This document shows, piece after piece, positions 1-11,967 of a DNA stretch of 64,000 nt. Below the pieces are notes generated by a model. The model made no database searches. It saw nothing but the letters and a program-made list of their open reading frames with translations, and was not told where the DNA came from. The position numbers and the translations under genes were made by a program. This DNA is from Escherichia coli (lineage in GTDB: Bacteria > Pseudomonadota > Gammaproteobacteria > Enterobacterales > Enterobacteriaceae), in NCBI RefSeq assembly GCF_003991155.1, contig NZ_CP031293.1. One strand, given 5' to 3'. Numbering within the stretch: position 1 is the first letter of the stretch; every line of letters starts with the position of its first letter.

Positions 1-1548
1 GAGACTAAGCAGCCCATCACCAATACGCGTTTTACTGCCGATCTCAATTGTATCGTTGGTGGAGGGTTTTAACCCAAAGTTCATACCGCTTTGTCCATCA
101 GCACGATAAGACAGCTCATTAATCGTCGGCGTTTCAAAACCTCGCCCGGCTGCCAGATAGATATTCCAGGCATCGGTCATTGCATATTTTAACGAACCGG
201 CAGGTAGCCATTTGTGATAACTGGCATCACCGCTGTCATCGCCGTTACCCGGAGTAACGTAATGGTCGTTGGAATCAAACCACACGGAGCTGTAGCGCAC
301 GCCAGCATCCAGCGACAGTTTTTCGCTCAGCTGCCACTGCGTCTGTAAATAGGGATCGACGTTCCACATCAGATTGCGTTCGTCGCGGCGCAACTCACCT
401 TTTTGCCCGTATTCCGGCACGCCGCTATTCAGGCGGAAGTTATTGTAGCCCTTGCGGTTTTCACTCATGTTTTCGTAGTTCAGGCCGGTAGTGAACGTGA
501 GCGGAACGCCCAGTTCACCACGGTGTGTCCAGCGGCTGTCTATCCCCTGGTAATGGCGTTGCAGAGTAATCACGCCGCCCGCATGTGACGGGTTAAGTTG
601 TGGTGCCATGGGTATTGACTGGTACTGGGTCGTTTCTCGCTCTCCGGCATACATCATCACACTCATCTCATCCCGCGAACTCAGGCTACGCTCATAGCGC
701 AACCCAGCCTGAGTTTGCTTGATGGTTTTTCGCGTGTCGTACTGTTCTGCACGAGGCGCTTGTTGTGGATTCGCCTTCCATTCTGCTTTGGTTAGCCCAC
801 CTGGGTCATCTGCTTTGATATCCACACTATTGAAAATCAGGCTTAATTTGCTGGCTTCATCAATGCGAACGCCCAGTTTGGCATTGGCTAAATTTTTCTG
901 TGCGCCACTATGGTCACGATAGCCGTGGGTCGTAAAACGCGTGGTTGAGACGGTGTAATCGACATCGCCAGGCTGTGTGCCGTCGCCCGTTGCGCCTGTT
1001 GCTTTCAGCCCATAGCGCCAGCTGCCAAAACTGCCGTAGTAACTACTGGCTTCAATGGTTGGTGGCTGTTGTCCGGTCTGGGTGATGACATTCATTACAC
1101 CGCCAGACGCGTTGCCATACAGAGCAGAGAAGGGGCCACGCAGCACTTCCACATTTTGCACACTGCTTAAATCGATGTTGGATGTTTGCCCTTGCCCGTC
1201 GGGCATGGTGGCGGGAATACCGTCCACATACAGGCGAATACCGCGAATTCCGTAAGTGGAGCGGGAGCCAAATCCGCGAATCGACAGCTGTAAATCTTGC
1301 GCATAGTTCTGCCGGTTTTGTACCTGCAAACCAGGCACGCCAGTCAGTGATTCAGACAAGTTAATGCGCGGTGTTGCCAGGCGCATCTCCTCGCCATCCA
1401 CCACGCTTACTGCTGCTGGCGTATCCAGTTCTGAAACCACCTGCGGCGCGGCACTGACAATCATGGTCTGTTCATCAGCGGCAAAAACAACGGGGGAAAG
1501 GACAAGCAGTGCGGGCAAAACGGTCTGTCGGACGGAAAAAATCTTCAT
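1..1548 (-). CDS. yncD: TonB-dependent outer-membrane receptor, 3-prime end truncated by window start
   Basis: Minus-strand frame open from ATG at 1546-1548 (MKIFSVRQTVLPALLV..., signal peptide) to position 1; window-edge codons translate to ...TNDTIEIGSKTRIGDGLLSL, typical receptor plug/barrel sequence. Absent from ORF track because no stop lies inside the window. Confidence 0.85.
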   Translation of the reverse strand, partial: MKIFSVRQTVLPALLVLSPVVFAADEQTMIVSAAPQVVSELDTPAAVSVVDGEEMRLATPRINLSESLTGVPGLQVQNRQNYAQDLQLSIRGFGSRSTYGIRGIRLYVDGIPATMPDGQGQTSNIDLSSVQNVEVLRGPFSALYGNASGGVMNVITQTGQQPPTIEASSYYGSFGSWRYGLKATGATGDGTQPGDVDYTVSTTRFTTHGYRDHSGAQKNLANAKLGVRIDEASKLSLIFNSVDIKADDPGGLTKAEWKANPQQAPRAEQYDTRKTIKQTQAGLRYERSLSSRDEMSVMMYAGERETTQYQSIPMAPQLNPSHAGGVITLQRHYQGIDSRWTHRGELGVPLTFTTGLNYENMSENRKGYNNFRLNSGVPEYGQKGELRRDERNLMWNVDPYLQTQWQLSEKLSLDAGVRYSSVWFDSNDHYVTPGNGDDSGDASYHKWLPAGSLKYAMTDAWNIYLAAGRGFETPTINELSYRADGQSGMNFGLKPSTNDTIEIGSKTRIGDGLLSL

Positions 1549-1789
1549 GAAAAAAGCCAGGTTAAGAATGGGAAAACGCCGCTATGGTAATAAAATTGTA
1601 AATTTATGGAAAACGAAACGGCACGATACGTTAAGTAATTGAGAAAATTGTAGTCGTAACGGCAAGAAATGCTCCACATTTGAGAAAATAATGATTACCA
1701 TTCCCATTTATAACAAGGGCGTAACGATGATTACGCTTAGCGAAGCATTGTGAAGCAGCAAAAATATCGGTTCATCAAAGGGAGTCGTC

Positions 1790-2851
1790 ATGCATTTACG
1801 TCATCTGTTTTCATCGCGCCTGCGTGGTTCATTACTGTTAGGTTCATTGCTTGTTGCTTCATCATTCAGTACGCAGGCCGCAGAAGAAATGCTGCGTAAA
1901 GCGGTAGGTAAAGGTGCCTACGAAATGGCTTATAGCCAGCAAGAAAACGCGCTGTGGCTCGCCACTTCGCAAAGCCGCAAACTGGATAAAGGCGGCGTGG
2001 TTTATCGTCTTGATCCGGTTACTCTGGAAGTGACGCAGGCGATCCATAACGATCTCAAGCCGTTTGGTGCCACCATCAATAACACGACTCAGACGTTGTG
2101 GTTTGGTAACACTGTAAACAGCGCGGTCACGGCGATAGATGCCAAAACGGGCGAAGTGAAAGGACGTCTGGTGCTTGATGAGCGTAAACGTACCGAAGAA
2201 GTGCGCCCGCTGCAACCGCGTGAGCTGGTAGCTGATGATGCCACGAACACCGTTTACATCAGTGGTATTGGTAAAGAGAGCGTGATTTGGGTCGTTGATG
2301 GCGAGAATATCAAACTGAAAACCGCCATCCAGAACACCGGTAAAATGAGTACCGGTTTAGCGCTGGATAGCAAAGGCAAACGTCTTTACACCACTAACGC
2401 TGACGGCGAATTGATTACCATCGACACCGCCGACAATAAAATCCTCAGCCGTAAAAAGCTGCTGGATGACGGCAAAGAGCACTTCTTTATCAACATCAGC
2501 CTTGATACCACCAATCAGCGTGCATTTATCACCGATTCTAAAGCGGCAGAAGTGTTAGTGGTTGATACCCGTAATGGCAATATTCTTGCGAAGGTTGCGG
2601 CACCGGAATCACTGGCTGTGCTGTTTAACCCAGCGCGTAATGAAGCCTACGTGACGCATCGTCAGGCAGGTAAAGTCAGTGTGATTGACGCGAAAAGCTA
2701 TAAAGTGGTGAAAACGTTCGATACGCCGACTCATCCGAACAGCCTGGCGCTGTCTGCAGATGGCAAAACGCTGTATGTCAGTGTGAAACAAAAATCCACT
2801 AAACAGCAGGAAGCTACCCAGCCGGACGATGTGATTCGTATTGCGCTGTAA
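1790..2851 (+). CDS. yncE: secreted beta-propeller repeat protein
   Basis: 353-aa ORF with N-terminal signal peptide (LLLGSLLVASSFSTQA), RBS AGGGAG upstream; recalled identity to YncE; divergent from yncD. Confidence 0.85.
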   Translation: MHLRHLFSSRLRGSLLLGSLLVASSFSTQAAEEMLRKAVGKGAYEMAYSQQENALWLATSQSRKLDKGGVVYRLDPVTLEVTQAIHNDLKPFGATINNTTQTLWFGNTVNSAVTAIDAKTGEVKGRLVLDERKRTEEVRPLQPRELVADDATNTVYISGIGKESVIWVVDGENIKLKTAIQNTGKMSTGLALDSKGKRLYTTNADGELITIDTADNKILSRKKLLDDGKEHFFINISLDTTNQRAFITDSKAAEVLVVDTRNGNILAKVAAPESLAVLFNPARNEAYVTHRQAGKVSVIDAKSYKVVKTFDTPTHPNSLALSADGKTLYVSVKQKSTKQQEATQPDDVIRIAL

Positions 2852-2934
2852 TAGATATGGCGAGGGTGAAAACGGAGAGACTTGCCTGACTTTTATCACG
2901 CCGTATCCGGCACCTTCTTCAGTAATTTGAATTT

Positions 2935-2959
2935 GCCCGGCACGCAGCCGGGCAATTTT
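2935..2959 (+). terminator. putative intrinsic terminator after yncE
   Basis: GC hairpin GCCCGGCACGCAGCCGGGC (2935-2953) followed by AATTTTG; lies between convergent yncE and ansP. Confidence 0.35.
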
Positions 2960-2963
2960 GCAA

Positions 2964-4463
2964 TTAACTCGCCGTTTCAGGTTTAAACACAATTTCCTGT
3001 TTTTCTTCATCTTCCTCGACGACTGGCGCAGTGCTGTGAATTTCAGCAACGCGTTTGCGCACACCAAACCAGCCTATAACCAGCAGAATACCGATAATCG
3101 GCAGCGCCGCGATAGTATAAGTCCCGTTCGGGTAATCGAACGCCATCAGCACCAGGACACTCAGTAAAAACAGTAATGTCAGCCAGGAAGTGAAGGGCGC
3201 GCCAGGCAGTTTAAAACTGACATCCGCTGCTTTGCCTTCTTTAATCGCTTTACGCAGGCGCATCTGGCACACGATGATAAACGCCCATGAAGCGATGATT
3301 CCCAGCGACGCGAAGTTCAACACAATCTCAAATACGCGCGACGGCACCAGATAGTTGAGGAATACGCCGACGACATACACAACCAGTGTCGCCAGAATCC
3401 CGGCATACGGCACATGCTGACGACTCATTTTCGCCATAAAACTCGGTGCGGAACCGCCCATCGCCATCGAGCGCAGAATACGTCCGGTGCAGTACAGACC
3501 TGAGTTCAGGCTGGAGAGGGCAGCGGTCAGCACCACAATGTTCATAATGCTGCCGATATATGGCACACCCAGTTTAGAGAAAAACGTCACGAACGGACTT
3601 TGCCCCGCCTGATACGCGCTCCACGGCAATAACATAACCAGCAACACCACGGAGCCGACGTAAAACAGACCAATACGCCAAATCACACTGTTAATCGCTT
3701 TAGGCACCATGGTCTGCGGATCTTTACATTCTCCGGCCGCTGTACCCACCATTTCAATGGAGGCAAAAGCAAACACTACGCCCTGAATCAACACCAGCGC
3801 AGGCAGCAAACCGTGGGGGAAAAAGCCGCCGTTATCGGTAATTAAATGAAAGCCAGTGGCGTTGCCATCCAGCGGCTGACCACTACCGAGGAACACTGTA
3901 CCCACGACCAAAAAGGTTACAATGGCGAGCACTTTAATAAGTGCAAACCAGAACTCCATCTCCGCAAACCATTTCACACCGATCATATTCATGGTGCCAA
4001 CGATGGTCAGTGCAGCGAGCGCAAAGACCCACTGCGGCACGCCGCCAAACGCGCCCCAGTAATGCATATACAGAGCGACGGCGGTAATATCAACAATCCC
4101 CGTCATCGCCCAGTTGATGAAGTACATCCAGCCTGCAACGTAAGCGGCTTTCTCTCCTAAAAACTCACGGGCATAAGAGACAAAACTGCCACTGGAAGGG
4201 CGGTGTAACACCAGCTCACCCAATGCACGCAGAATAAAAAACGAAAACAGGCCGCAGATCAAATAGACCAGTGCCAGTGCTGGCCCCGCCATTTGCAGTC
4301 GGGCTCCTGCACCTAAAAACAAGCCGGTGCCAATCGCGCCGCCAATGGCGATCATCTGTACCTGGCGATTGCCCATCGCTTTGTGATACCCCTCTTCGTG
4401 GGCATTAAGCCAGCGGCGTTTCGCGGCGTGCTGATCTGAAGTGTCGGTGTCGTGTTTACTCAT
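2964..4463 (-). CDS. ansP: L-asparagine permease (APC family)
   Basis: 516-aa ORF with 12-TM amino-acid permease sequence; start placed at internal ATG 4461-4463 (MSKHDTD...) which has a GGAGAG RBS; longer ORF start rejected. Confidence 0.85.
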   Translation of the reverse strand: MSKHDTDTSDQHAAKRRWLNAHEEGYHKAMGNRQVQMIAIGGAIGTGLFLGAGARLQMAGPALALVYLICGLFSFFILRALGELVLHRPSSGSFVSYAREFLGEKAAYVAGWMYFINWAMTGIVDITAVALYMHYWGAFGGVPQWVFALAALTIVGTMNMIGVKWFAEMEFWFALIKVLAIVTFLVVGTVFLGSGQPLDGNATGFHLITDNGGFFPHGLLPALVLIQGVVFAFASIEMVGTAAGECKDPQTMVPKAINSVIWRIGLFYVGSVVLLVMLLPWSAYQAGQSPFVTFFSKLGVPYIGSIMNIVVLTAALSSLNSGLYCTGRILRSMAMGGSAPSFMAKMSRQHVPYAGILATLVVYVVGVFLNYLVPSRVFEIVLNFASLGIIASWAFIIVCQMRLRKAIKEGKAADVSFKLPGAPFTSWLTLLFLLSVLVLMAFDYPNGTYTIAALPIIGILLVIGWFGVRKRVAEIHSTAPVVEEDEEKQEIVFKPETAS

Positions 4464-4729
4464 TGCTCTCCCTGATTGCTTTAATGAAAAAGTCATATAA
4501 GTTGCCATGAACAATGTTTATTCATCCTGGCGATGATAGTTATCACCATTATTCTTTATGGGTATAAAACTATCGGCGCAGCATCCTACCCGTTATCGAT
4601 AAACGATGCAAAACATCCCCTTACAATCCTGAAGGGGAATAATACAACTGACGAAAAAATGACAAATCCTTTTGCTGGTTAACCTGTGTACTGTCCTACA
4701 CTTAATCTTTAAAAGATTGTGAGGGGCAT

Positions 4730-5347
4730 ATGATTAAGGTGTATGGCGTACCCGGCTGGGGCTCTACAATCAGTGAGCTGATGCTAACACTGGCTGATAT
4801 TCCTTATCAGTTCGTTGATGTCAGTGGTTTTGACCGCGAGGGAACTTCACGCGAGTTATTGAAAACCCTGAACCCGTTGTGTCAGATTCCGACACTGGCG
4901 CTGGAAAATGACGAGATTATGACGGAGACAGCGGCGATTGCATTGATGGTTCTCGATCGTCGCCCGGACCTTGCGCCACCGCTTGGGCGCGCCGAACGTC
5001 AGCAGTTTCAACAGTTATTGGTCTGGCTGGTTGCTAATGTCTATCCAACGTTCACTTTCGCCGATTACCCTGAGCGTTGGGCATCTGACGCACCTGAACA
5101 GTTAAAGAAGAATGTAATTGAATATCGCAAATCACTTTATATCTGGCTGAATTCACAATTGACCGCTGAACCTTATGCCTTTGGTGAGCAACTAACGCTG
5201 GTGGACTGTTATCTCTGCACCATGCGCACATGGGGACCGGGACACGAATGGTTTCAGGATAATGCCCCGAACATCAATGCGATTGCTGATGCTGTATGTC
5301 AGATACCAAAGCTAAAAGGGATACTAAAGAGGAATGGAATCATTTAA
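4730..5347 (+). CDS. yncG: glutathione S-transferase-like protein
   Basis: 205-aa ORF, GST N- and C-domain features, RBS GAGGGG upstream. Confidence 0.8.
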   Translation: MIKVYGVPGWGSTISELMLTLADIPYQFVDVSGFDREGTSRELLKTLNPLCQIPTLALENDEIMTETAAIALMVLDRRPDLAPPLGRAERQQFQQLLVWLVANVYPTFTFADYPERWASDAPEQLKKNVIEYRKSLYIWLNSQLTAEPYAFGEQLTLVDCYLCTMRTWGPGHEWFQDNAPNINAIADAVCQIPKLKGILKRNGII

Positions 5348-6397
5348 TTATTTTTCCCATCGATTTCGCCCACTTTCTTTCGCCCGGTATAACGCAGCGT
5401 CGGCATCTGAAATAATTTGTTCAGCCGTTTTTGCGGGAGCAGAACAGGTAATCCCCTGACTAACCGTAACGAATGCATTAACAGCAGATGCCTGATGCGG
5501 GATAGCTGCCAGTTTAAGTTCTTGCTTCACTCTGGCTGCTACCGTCTCTGCTTCCGGCAATGTTGCATTAAAAAGTATGATGACAAACTCTTCGCCACCA
5601 TAACGGACAACAACATCCTCCGACTGGCGAGTTGAACGCTGTAGAGCGTCGGCAACTTGTATTAGACAACGATCCCCAGCAGGATGCCCGTAAGTGTCGT
5701 TGTAACGTTTAAAAAAATCGACATCCAGCATAATAAGAGCAAATGACCCGCCGTTATCTATCGCGTCGTGTAAGATACTGTTCATTGCACGTCGGTTTGC
5801 TATCCCAGTTAAAGGATCACGATGTGCTAATGCATCAAGGCGATTAATTAACTGGTTGTTATAACTGTTTTGTACCCATGCTTCTTCAAACCAACGTAAC
5901 AAAATGAGTCGCCCACCATATAGCGCCAGTGAAAAAATACACCATACAACAGCAAAATGAATATTGATCTGTTGATTAAGCATAAGACTCGCTATTGGAG
6001 TGGTGAACCATAAGGGAATGACAAATGCGAGCAATGATGGGGTATGGAAATAAAGTGCGATAACGCCACTAAGCATTAATAATACACATAGTGGATAAGC
6101 AAACTGCAGCGTCCAGTACGCAATAAAGTGATAACTACACCATGACCATAGCAGGCTCAGGGCAACTAATAGCACCTGGATAGGTAATGTTTTTTGCCGA
6201 GGGATGAGTAGTAAACCACTGCAAATCAGCAGAATACCCGTTGCAGATATATCAATAGAATGTATAAGGCTTTTTTCATTTAACCAGGGTGGAGTAAGGT
6301 CATTAAACAGAACACGGCGCAGCAAAATTATCAATGCAAAACTGACATTGATAAAAGCAAACCATGGCAAACTAATCGTCATGCCGCGAATAACCAT
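5348..6397 (-). CDS. membrane-anchored GGDEF diguanylate cyclase
   Basis: 349-aa ORF: N-terminal half is multi-pass hydrophobic, C-terminal half carries RYGGEEF active-site motif and DVDFFKRYND; start codon uncertain (6397 or 6382). Confidence 0.75.
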   Translation of the reverse strand: MVIRGMTISLPWFAFINVSFALIILLRRVLFNDLTPPWLNEKSLIHSIDISATGILLICSGLLLIPRQKTLPIQVLLVALSLLWSWCSYHFIAYWTLQFAYPLCVLLMLSGVIALYFHTPSLLAFVIPLWFTTPIASLMLNQQINIHFAVVWCIFSLALYGGRLILLRWFEEAWVQNSYNNQLINRLDALAHRDPLTGIANRRAMNSILHDAIDNGGSFALIMLDVDFFKRYNDTYGHPAGDRCLIQVADALQRSTRQSEDVVVRYGGEEFVIILFNATLPEAETVAARVKQELKLAAIPHQASAVNAFVTVSQGITCSAPAKTAEQIISDADAALYRAKESGRNRWEK

Positions 6398-6491
6398 ATC
6401 GCGGCGGGTTTTCCATGAGTGATGCGTTTTTCTTCGTTCAGCCCTTTTTTAACCAAAAAAGGGCAGGATACCTGCCCGGTATGCAGTAAAT

Positions 6492-8468
6492 TTATGGTGT
6501 CACTATATTGAACCAAAATTCAAAATTATCCATATAACCTAACAGCTCGTTGAGTTTTTCCGCATTGCCAGTAATTTTGACATCTTCTTTGGCCGTGGCT
6601 TCTTTCAGCGTCTCTTCTTTCAGTACAATTTTGTTCAATACATCACGAGACAGAGTGATAGTGGCATCAGCATCCGAAGCCTCTACACCAGCGGTATGAT
6701 TGAGAACACCATTTTCAAGCTCCACTTTATAGGTGCCGCCATCTTCACCAAAATCGAAATTCAACACGGTTTTGGCATCTGCCGCTTTCTCACCATTAAT
6801 ATGGACGGCAAGATAATCAAAGAACATCTCCGGCGTCATCGCACGCACGGTGTCTGGGCTGGCAGTATTTGGTGTTGGTAATTTTTGTACGCCATTACGC
6901 AATTCCTGTGCGCCAGTGAGATAGAAATTACGCCACGGCCCAGATTCAGCCTGATAGCCTAACTGCTCAAGCGCATCAGCTTCCAGATTTCTCGCTGCCT
7001 GGTTGTTTGGATCGGCAAACACCACCTTACTAACAACTTGGGCAACCCAGCGGAAATTACCCTGGTCATAATCCTGTTTGGCTTTCTGTAAAATGGCATC
7101 AGCACCGCCCATATACTCGACGAATTTTTTTGCGCCTTCTTCTGGCGGCAGTTCATCAAGCGTCGCGGGGTTACCATCAAACCAGCCGAGATAAAGCACG
7201 TAAGTTGCTTTCACGTCATGACTTACCGAACCGTAATAGCCGCGATTCGCCCAGGTATTAGCCAGTGAAGAGGGCAGTTTAAAGTTTGCGGCAATTTCAT
7301 CACGGGTCATCCCTTGATTTGCCATACGCAGAGTTTGATCATTGATGTAACGATACAAATCACGCTGGCTTTTAAGCAGTTTGACCACGTTATCGTTGCC
7401 CCAGGTTGGCCAGTGATGTTGAGCGAGAATAATCTCGGCTTTATCTCCCCATAAATTGAGAGCTTCGTTAATATATTTTGACCACGGCAGCGGTTGGCGA
7501 ATTTTAGCCCCACGCAGCGAATAGGTGTTATGAAGGGTGTGCGTGACATCTTCAGCGGTTTCGATCAGTTTCTTTTCTTCAATAAACCACAGCATTTCAG
7601 AAGGCGCTTCAGAGCCTGGCGCCATCAAGAAATCATAGGTCAACCCGTCAATAGTTTCTTTTTGTCCGGTTTTAGTGATGTAGTTAGTAGGAGCAATCAA
7701 CGTGACCGTTCCTGCTGAAGTGGTTGTTCCCAGTCCCGCGCCAACCTGGCCTTTAACATCAGGTTTCAATAAGTTGCCATACATATAACTGGCTCGTCGG
7801 CTCATCACATTGCCAGCCATAATATTTTCGGAAACGGCTTCCTCCAAAAATCCGGCTGGCGCGTAGATTTTAACTTTGCCTGATTTAACGTCAGCTTCAT
7901 CAATTACGCCGCGAACACCACCGTAGTGATCGACATGACTGTGTGTGTAGATAACCGCTACTACCGGTTTTTTGTCGCGATTTTTGTAATAGAGATCCAT
8001 ACCCACTTTGGCTGTTTCTGCTGAAACAAGGGGATCAACGATGGTAATACCCTCTTTACCTTCAATGATGGTCATATTTGATAGATCGAGATTGCGAATC
8101 TGATAGACACCTTCAGTTACTTCGAATAACCCGCTGATATTTATCAGTTGCGCCTGACGCCATAAACTTGGATTCACCGTATCAGGGGCTTTATCACCTT
8201 CTTTAATAAAAGCGTATTGTTGTGGATCCCAGATAACATTTCCTTTTTCGCCCTTAATCACGTCTTGAGGGATAGGGGCAACAAAACCTTTATGGGCATC
8301 AGTAAAGTCAGTGTTATCAGAAAACGGCAACTGGTTGTAGAGTAAATTGTTTGCTTGTTGCGTGGCTGCGGTGGCGTCTTTAGGGGCTTCCGCCGCGAGG
8401 AGTGGCAAAGAACTGGTGGTGAACAATCCCGTTATTAGCAGACTTTTAACAATATGATTAAGCTGCAT
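6492..8468 (-). CDS. alkyl/aryl-sulfatase, metallo-beta-lactamase fold (YjcS/SdsA1-like), secreted
   Basis: 658-aa ORF with signal peptide (LPLLAAEA) and MBL zinc motif THSHVDHYGG. Confidence 0.75.
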   Translation of the reverse strand: MQLNHIVKSLLITGLFTTSSLPLLAAEAPKDATAATQQANNLLYNQLPFSDNTDFTDAHKGFVAPIPQDVIKGEKGNVIWDPQQYAFIKEGDKAPDTVNPSLWRQAQLINISGLFEVTEGVYQIRNLDLSNMTIIEGKEGITIVDPLVSAETAKVGMDLYYKNRDKKPVVAVIYTHSHVDHYGGVRGVIDEADVKSGKVKIYAPAGFLEEAVSENIMAGNVMSRRASYMYGNLLKPDVKGQVGAGLGTTTSAGTVTLIAPTNYITKTGQKETIDGLTYDFLMAPGSEAPSEMLWFIEEKKLIETAEDVTHTLHNTYSLRGAKIRQPLPWSKYINEALNLWGDKAEIILAQHHWPTWGNDNVVKLLKSQRDLYRYINDQTLRMANQGMTRDEIAANFKLPSSLANTWANRGYYGSVSHDVKATYVLYLGWFDGNPATLDELPPEEGAKKFVEYMGGADAILQKAKQDYDQGNFRWVAQVVSKVVFADPNNQAARNLEADALEQLGYQAESGPWRNFYLTGAQELRNGVQKLPTPNTASPDTVRAMTPEMFFDYLAVHINGEKAADAKTVLNFDFGEDGGTYKVELENGVLNHTAGVEASDADATITLSRDVLNKIVLKEETLKEATAKEDVKITGNAEKLNELLGYMDNFEFWFNIVTP

Positions 8469-8772
8469 CTTAAGCGTCTCCAGAATGGACTTTTATTGGG
8501 GGTAATTACGGATGAAAATTTTTGTGAGGGCAAGAATAACTATAATGGGCGTTAATAAATTGGCAAGCCGGGAACTTGATGTTTTCTTAATGGCATGTTG
8601 GCGAAGAATATATTCTGCAAGTTGACGTTTTTGTTGGCGCTTTATTTAAAAGGGTGTAGTACAAACCTGTACAAATTCAAGTAGGCATTATTGCCGTAAA
8701 AAAGCATCACCGGACACATAACATTCACAACGTGTGTTAATTTTACTGACATCTTTCAAAAGGAGCACAATC

Positions 8773-9000
8773 ATGCCGCACATAGACATTAAATGTTTTC
8801 CACGTGAACTGGACGAACAACAAAAAGCAGCACTTGCTGCAGATATTACCGACGTTATTATTCGCCATCTGAACAGTAAAGACAGTTCGATAAGCATTGC
8901 TCTACAGCAGATTCAACCAGAATCATGGCAAGCTATCTGGGACGCCGAAATTGCGCCCCAAATGGAGACGCTGATAAAGAAACCTGGTTACAGCATGTAA
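8773..9000 (+). CDS. pptA: 4-oxalocrotonate tautomerase-family enzyme
   Basis: Track ORF 8734..9000 trimmed to ATG 8773 ([13 protein letters not shown]..., catalytic Pro2) preceded by AAAAGGAG RBS. Confidence 0.85.
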   Translation: MPHIDIKCFPRELDEQQKAALAADITDVIIRHLNSKDSSISIALQQIQPESWQAIWDAEIAPQMETLIKKPGYSM

Positions 9001-9003
9001 TGC

Positions 9004-9573
9004 TTAACCTGCCGTAACACGCTTCCCGCTGGTAACAAACGTGCCAGCACCTAAATGATGTAGTGTATTGAGCTTATCATCATCAAACTGCCAGCGGCCT
9101 TCGACAAATACCCGTGCGTCTGCCGCTGCTGATACCACTTCGCCAAACAGCGTGTCGTATTTTTCTTGCGCAGAAGTCGCAGGTAGCAGGCGACACTCCA
9201 TCCACGCCAGACATTTTTCCTCGACCAGCGGCAAACCAAGCACCGGACCTTTCACAACCGGAATACCATAGCAGTTAAACTTATCTTCATCACGCCCCGA
9301 CACACTTCCCACCGCCCACGTCCAGTCAGTCGCCGCAACGCCTGGGATAACGATGCCAAATTTACCGTTACGTTCAATCAACTCCCTGGTCCATGTCGAT
9401 TTATCTACCACAATCGCCACGCGTGGCGGTTCAAACTCTACGGGCATAGACCAGGCTGCTGCCATAATGTTACGCCGCTGGGATTGCTCATCGAAACTGG
9501 TGATCATGACAGTTGGGCCATGATTTAACAGACGGCTGGCATGGTGTAATTCGACGGGAATGAATTGGCTCAC
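9004..9573 (-). CDS. yddH: flavin reductase-like domain protein
   Basis: 189-aa ORF, flavin-reductase-like fold sequence; convergent with pptA. Confidence 0.8.
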   Translation of the reverse strand: MSQFIPVELHHASRLLNHGPTVMITSFDEQSQRRNIMAAAWSMPVEFEPPRVAIVVDKSTWTRELIERNGKFGIVIPGVAATDWTWAVGSVSGRDEDKFNCYGIPVVKGPVLGLPLVEEKCLAWMECRLLPATSAQEKYDTLFGEVVSAAADARVFVEGRWQFDDDKLNTLHHLGAGTFVTSGKRVTAG

Positions 9574-9747
9574 GATATCGCCTCGCTATGAAGGGTGTTT
9601 TAAAAGCGTAGCTCGTAACGCAATAAGTAACGAAATTAACGGGATTGGCGATTTGCGAACGTGATGCATGTCCGCGATCGCACAAAATAGCCAGTGCGGC
9701 GTCTATTCCAGGTTATAAGTTGAGAAAACCACTAAGGGAAACGCCTG

Positions 9748-10593
9748 ATGACGCCCATTCTGAATCACTATTTTGCCCGTATTAACTGGTTGGGAGCTGC
9801 TGCGGCCAATATTGATACGCTGCGTGCATTGCACCTGAAACACAATTGCACCATTCCGTTTGAAAATCTCGACGTTTTGCTGCCGAGGGAAATACAGCTT
9901 GATGATCAATCGCTGGAAGAGAAACTGGTGATAGCCCGTCGTGGCGGTTACTGTTTTGAGCAGAATGGCGTGTTTGAGCGTGTGTTACGCGAGCTGGGGT
10001 TTAACGTTCGCAGCTTGTTAGGGCGCGTAGTGTTATCAAATCCGCCAGCATTACCGCCGCGCACCCATCGTTTGCTGTTGGTGGAACTGGAAGGGGAAAA
10101 ATGGATTGCTGATGTCGGTTTCGGTGGGCAGACGCTAACCGCGCCGATTCGTTTAATGCCGGATATCATGCAAACCACGCCACACGGAGAGTATCGGTTG
10201 TTGCAAGAGGGTGATGATTGGGTGTTGCAGTTTAATCATCATCAGCACTGGCAGTCGATGTACCGTTTTGATCTCTGCGAGCAGCAACAAAGCGATTATG
10301 TGATGGGCAATTTCTGGTCGGCGCATTGGCCGCAGTCGCATTTTCGCCATCATTTGCTGATGTGTCGCCATTTGCCGGACGGTGGCAAGCTAACACTGAC
10401 CAATTTTCATTTTACCCATTATGAAAATGGGCACGCGGTGGAGCAGCGAAATCTACCAGATGTGGCGTCGTTATATGCCGTGATGCAGGAACAGTTTGGT
10501 CTGGGCGTAGATGATGCGAAACATGGCTTTACTGTGGATGAGTTAGCGCTGGTGATGGCGGCGTTTGATACGCACCCGGAGGCGGGGAAATAG
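9748..10593 (+). CDS. nhoA: N-hydroxyarylamine O-acetyltransferase
   Basis: 281-aa ORF with arylamine N-acetyltransferase catalytic Cys context (RGGYCFEQN). Confidence 0.9.
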   Translation: MTPILNHYFARINWLGAAAANIDTLRALHLKHNCTIPFENLDVLLPREIQLDDQSLEEKLVIARRGGYCFEQNGVFERVLRELGFNVRSLLGRVVLSNPPALPPRTHRLLLVELEGEKWIADVGFGGQTLTAPIRLMPDIMQTTPHGEYRLLQEGDDWVLQFNHHQHWQSMYRFDLCEQQQSDYVMGNFWSAHWPQSHFRHHLLMCRHLPDGGKLTLTNFHFTHYENGHAVEQRNLPDVASLYAVMQEQFGLGVDDAKHGFTVDELALVMAAFDTHPEAGK

Positions 10594-10606
10594 TTTATGT
10601 CAGGGG

Positions 10607-11831
<1,225 letters not shown>

Positions 11832-11860
11832 CAACAGCGCCTGACGGCGCTGTGTCTGGC

Positions 11861-11960
<100 letters not shown>

Positions 11961-11967
11961 AAAGGTT

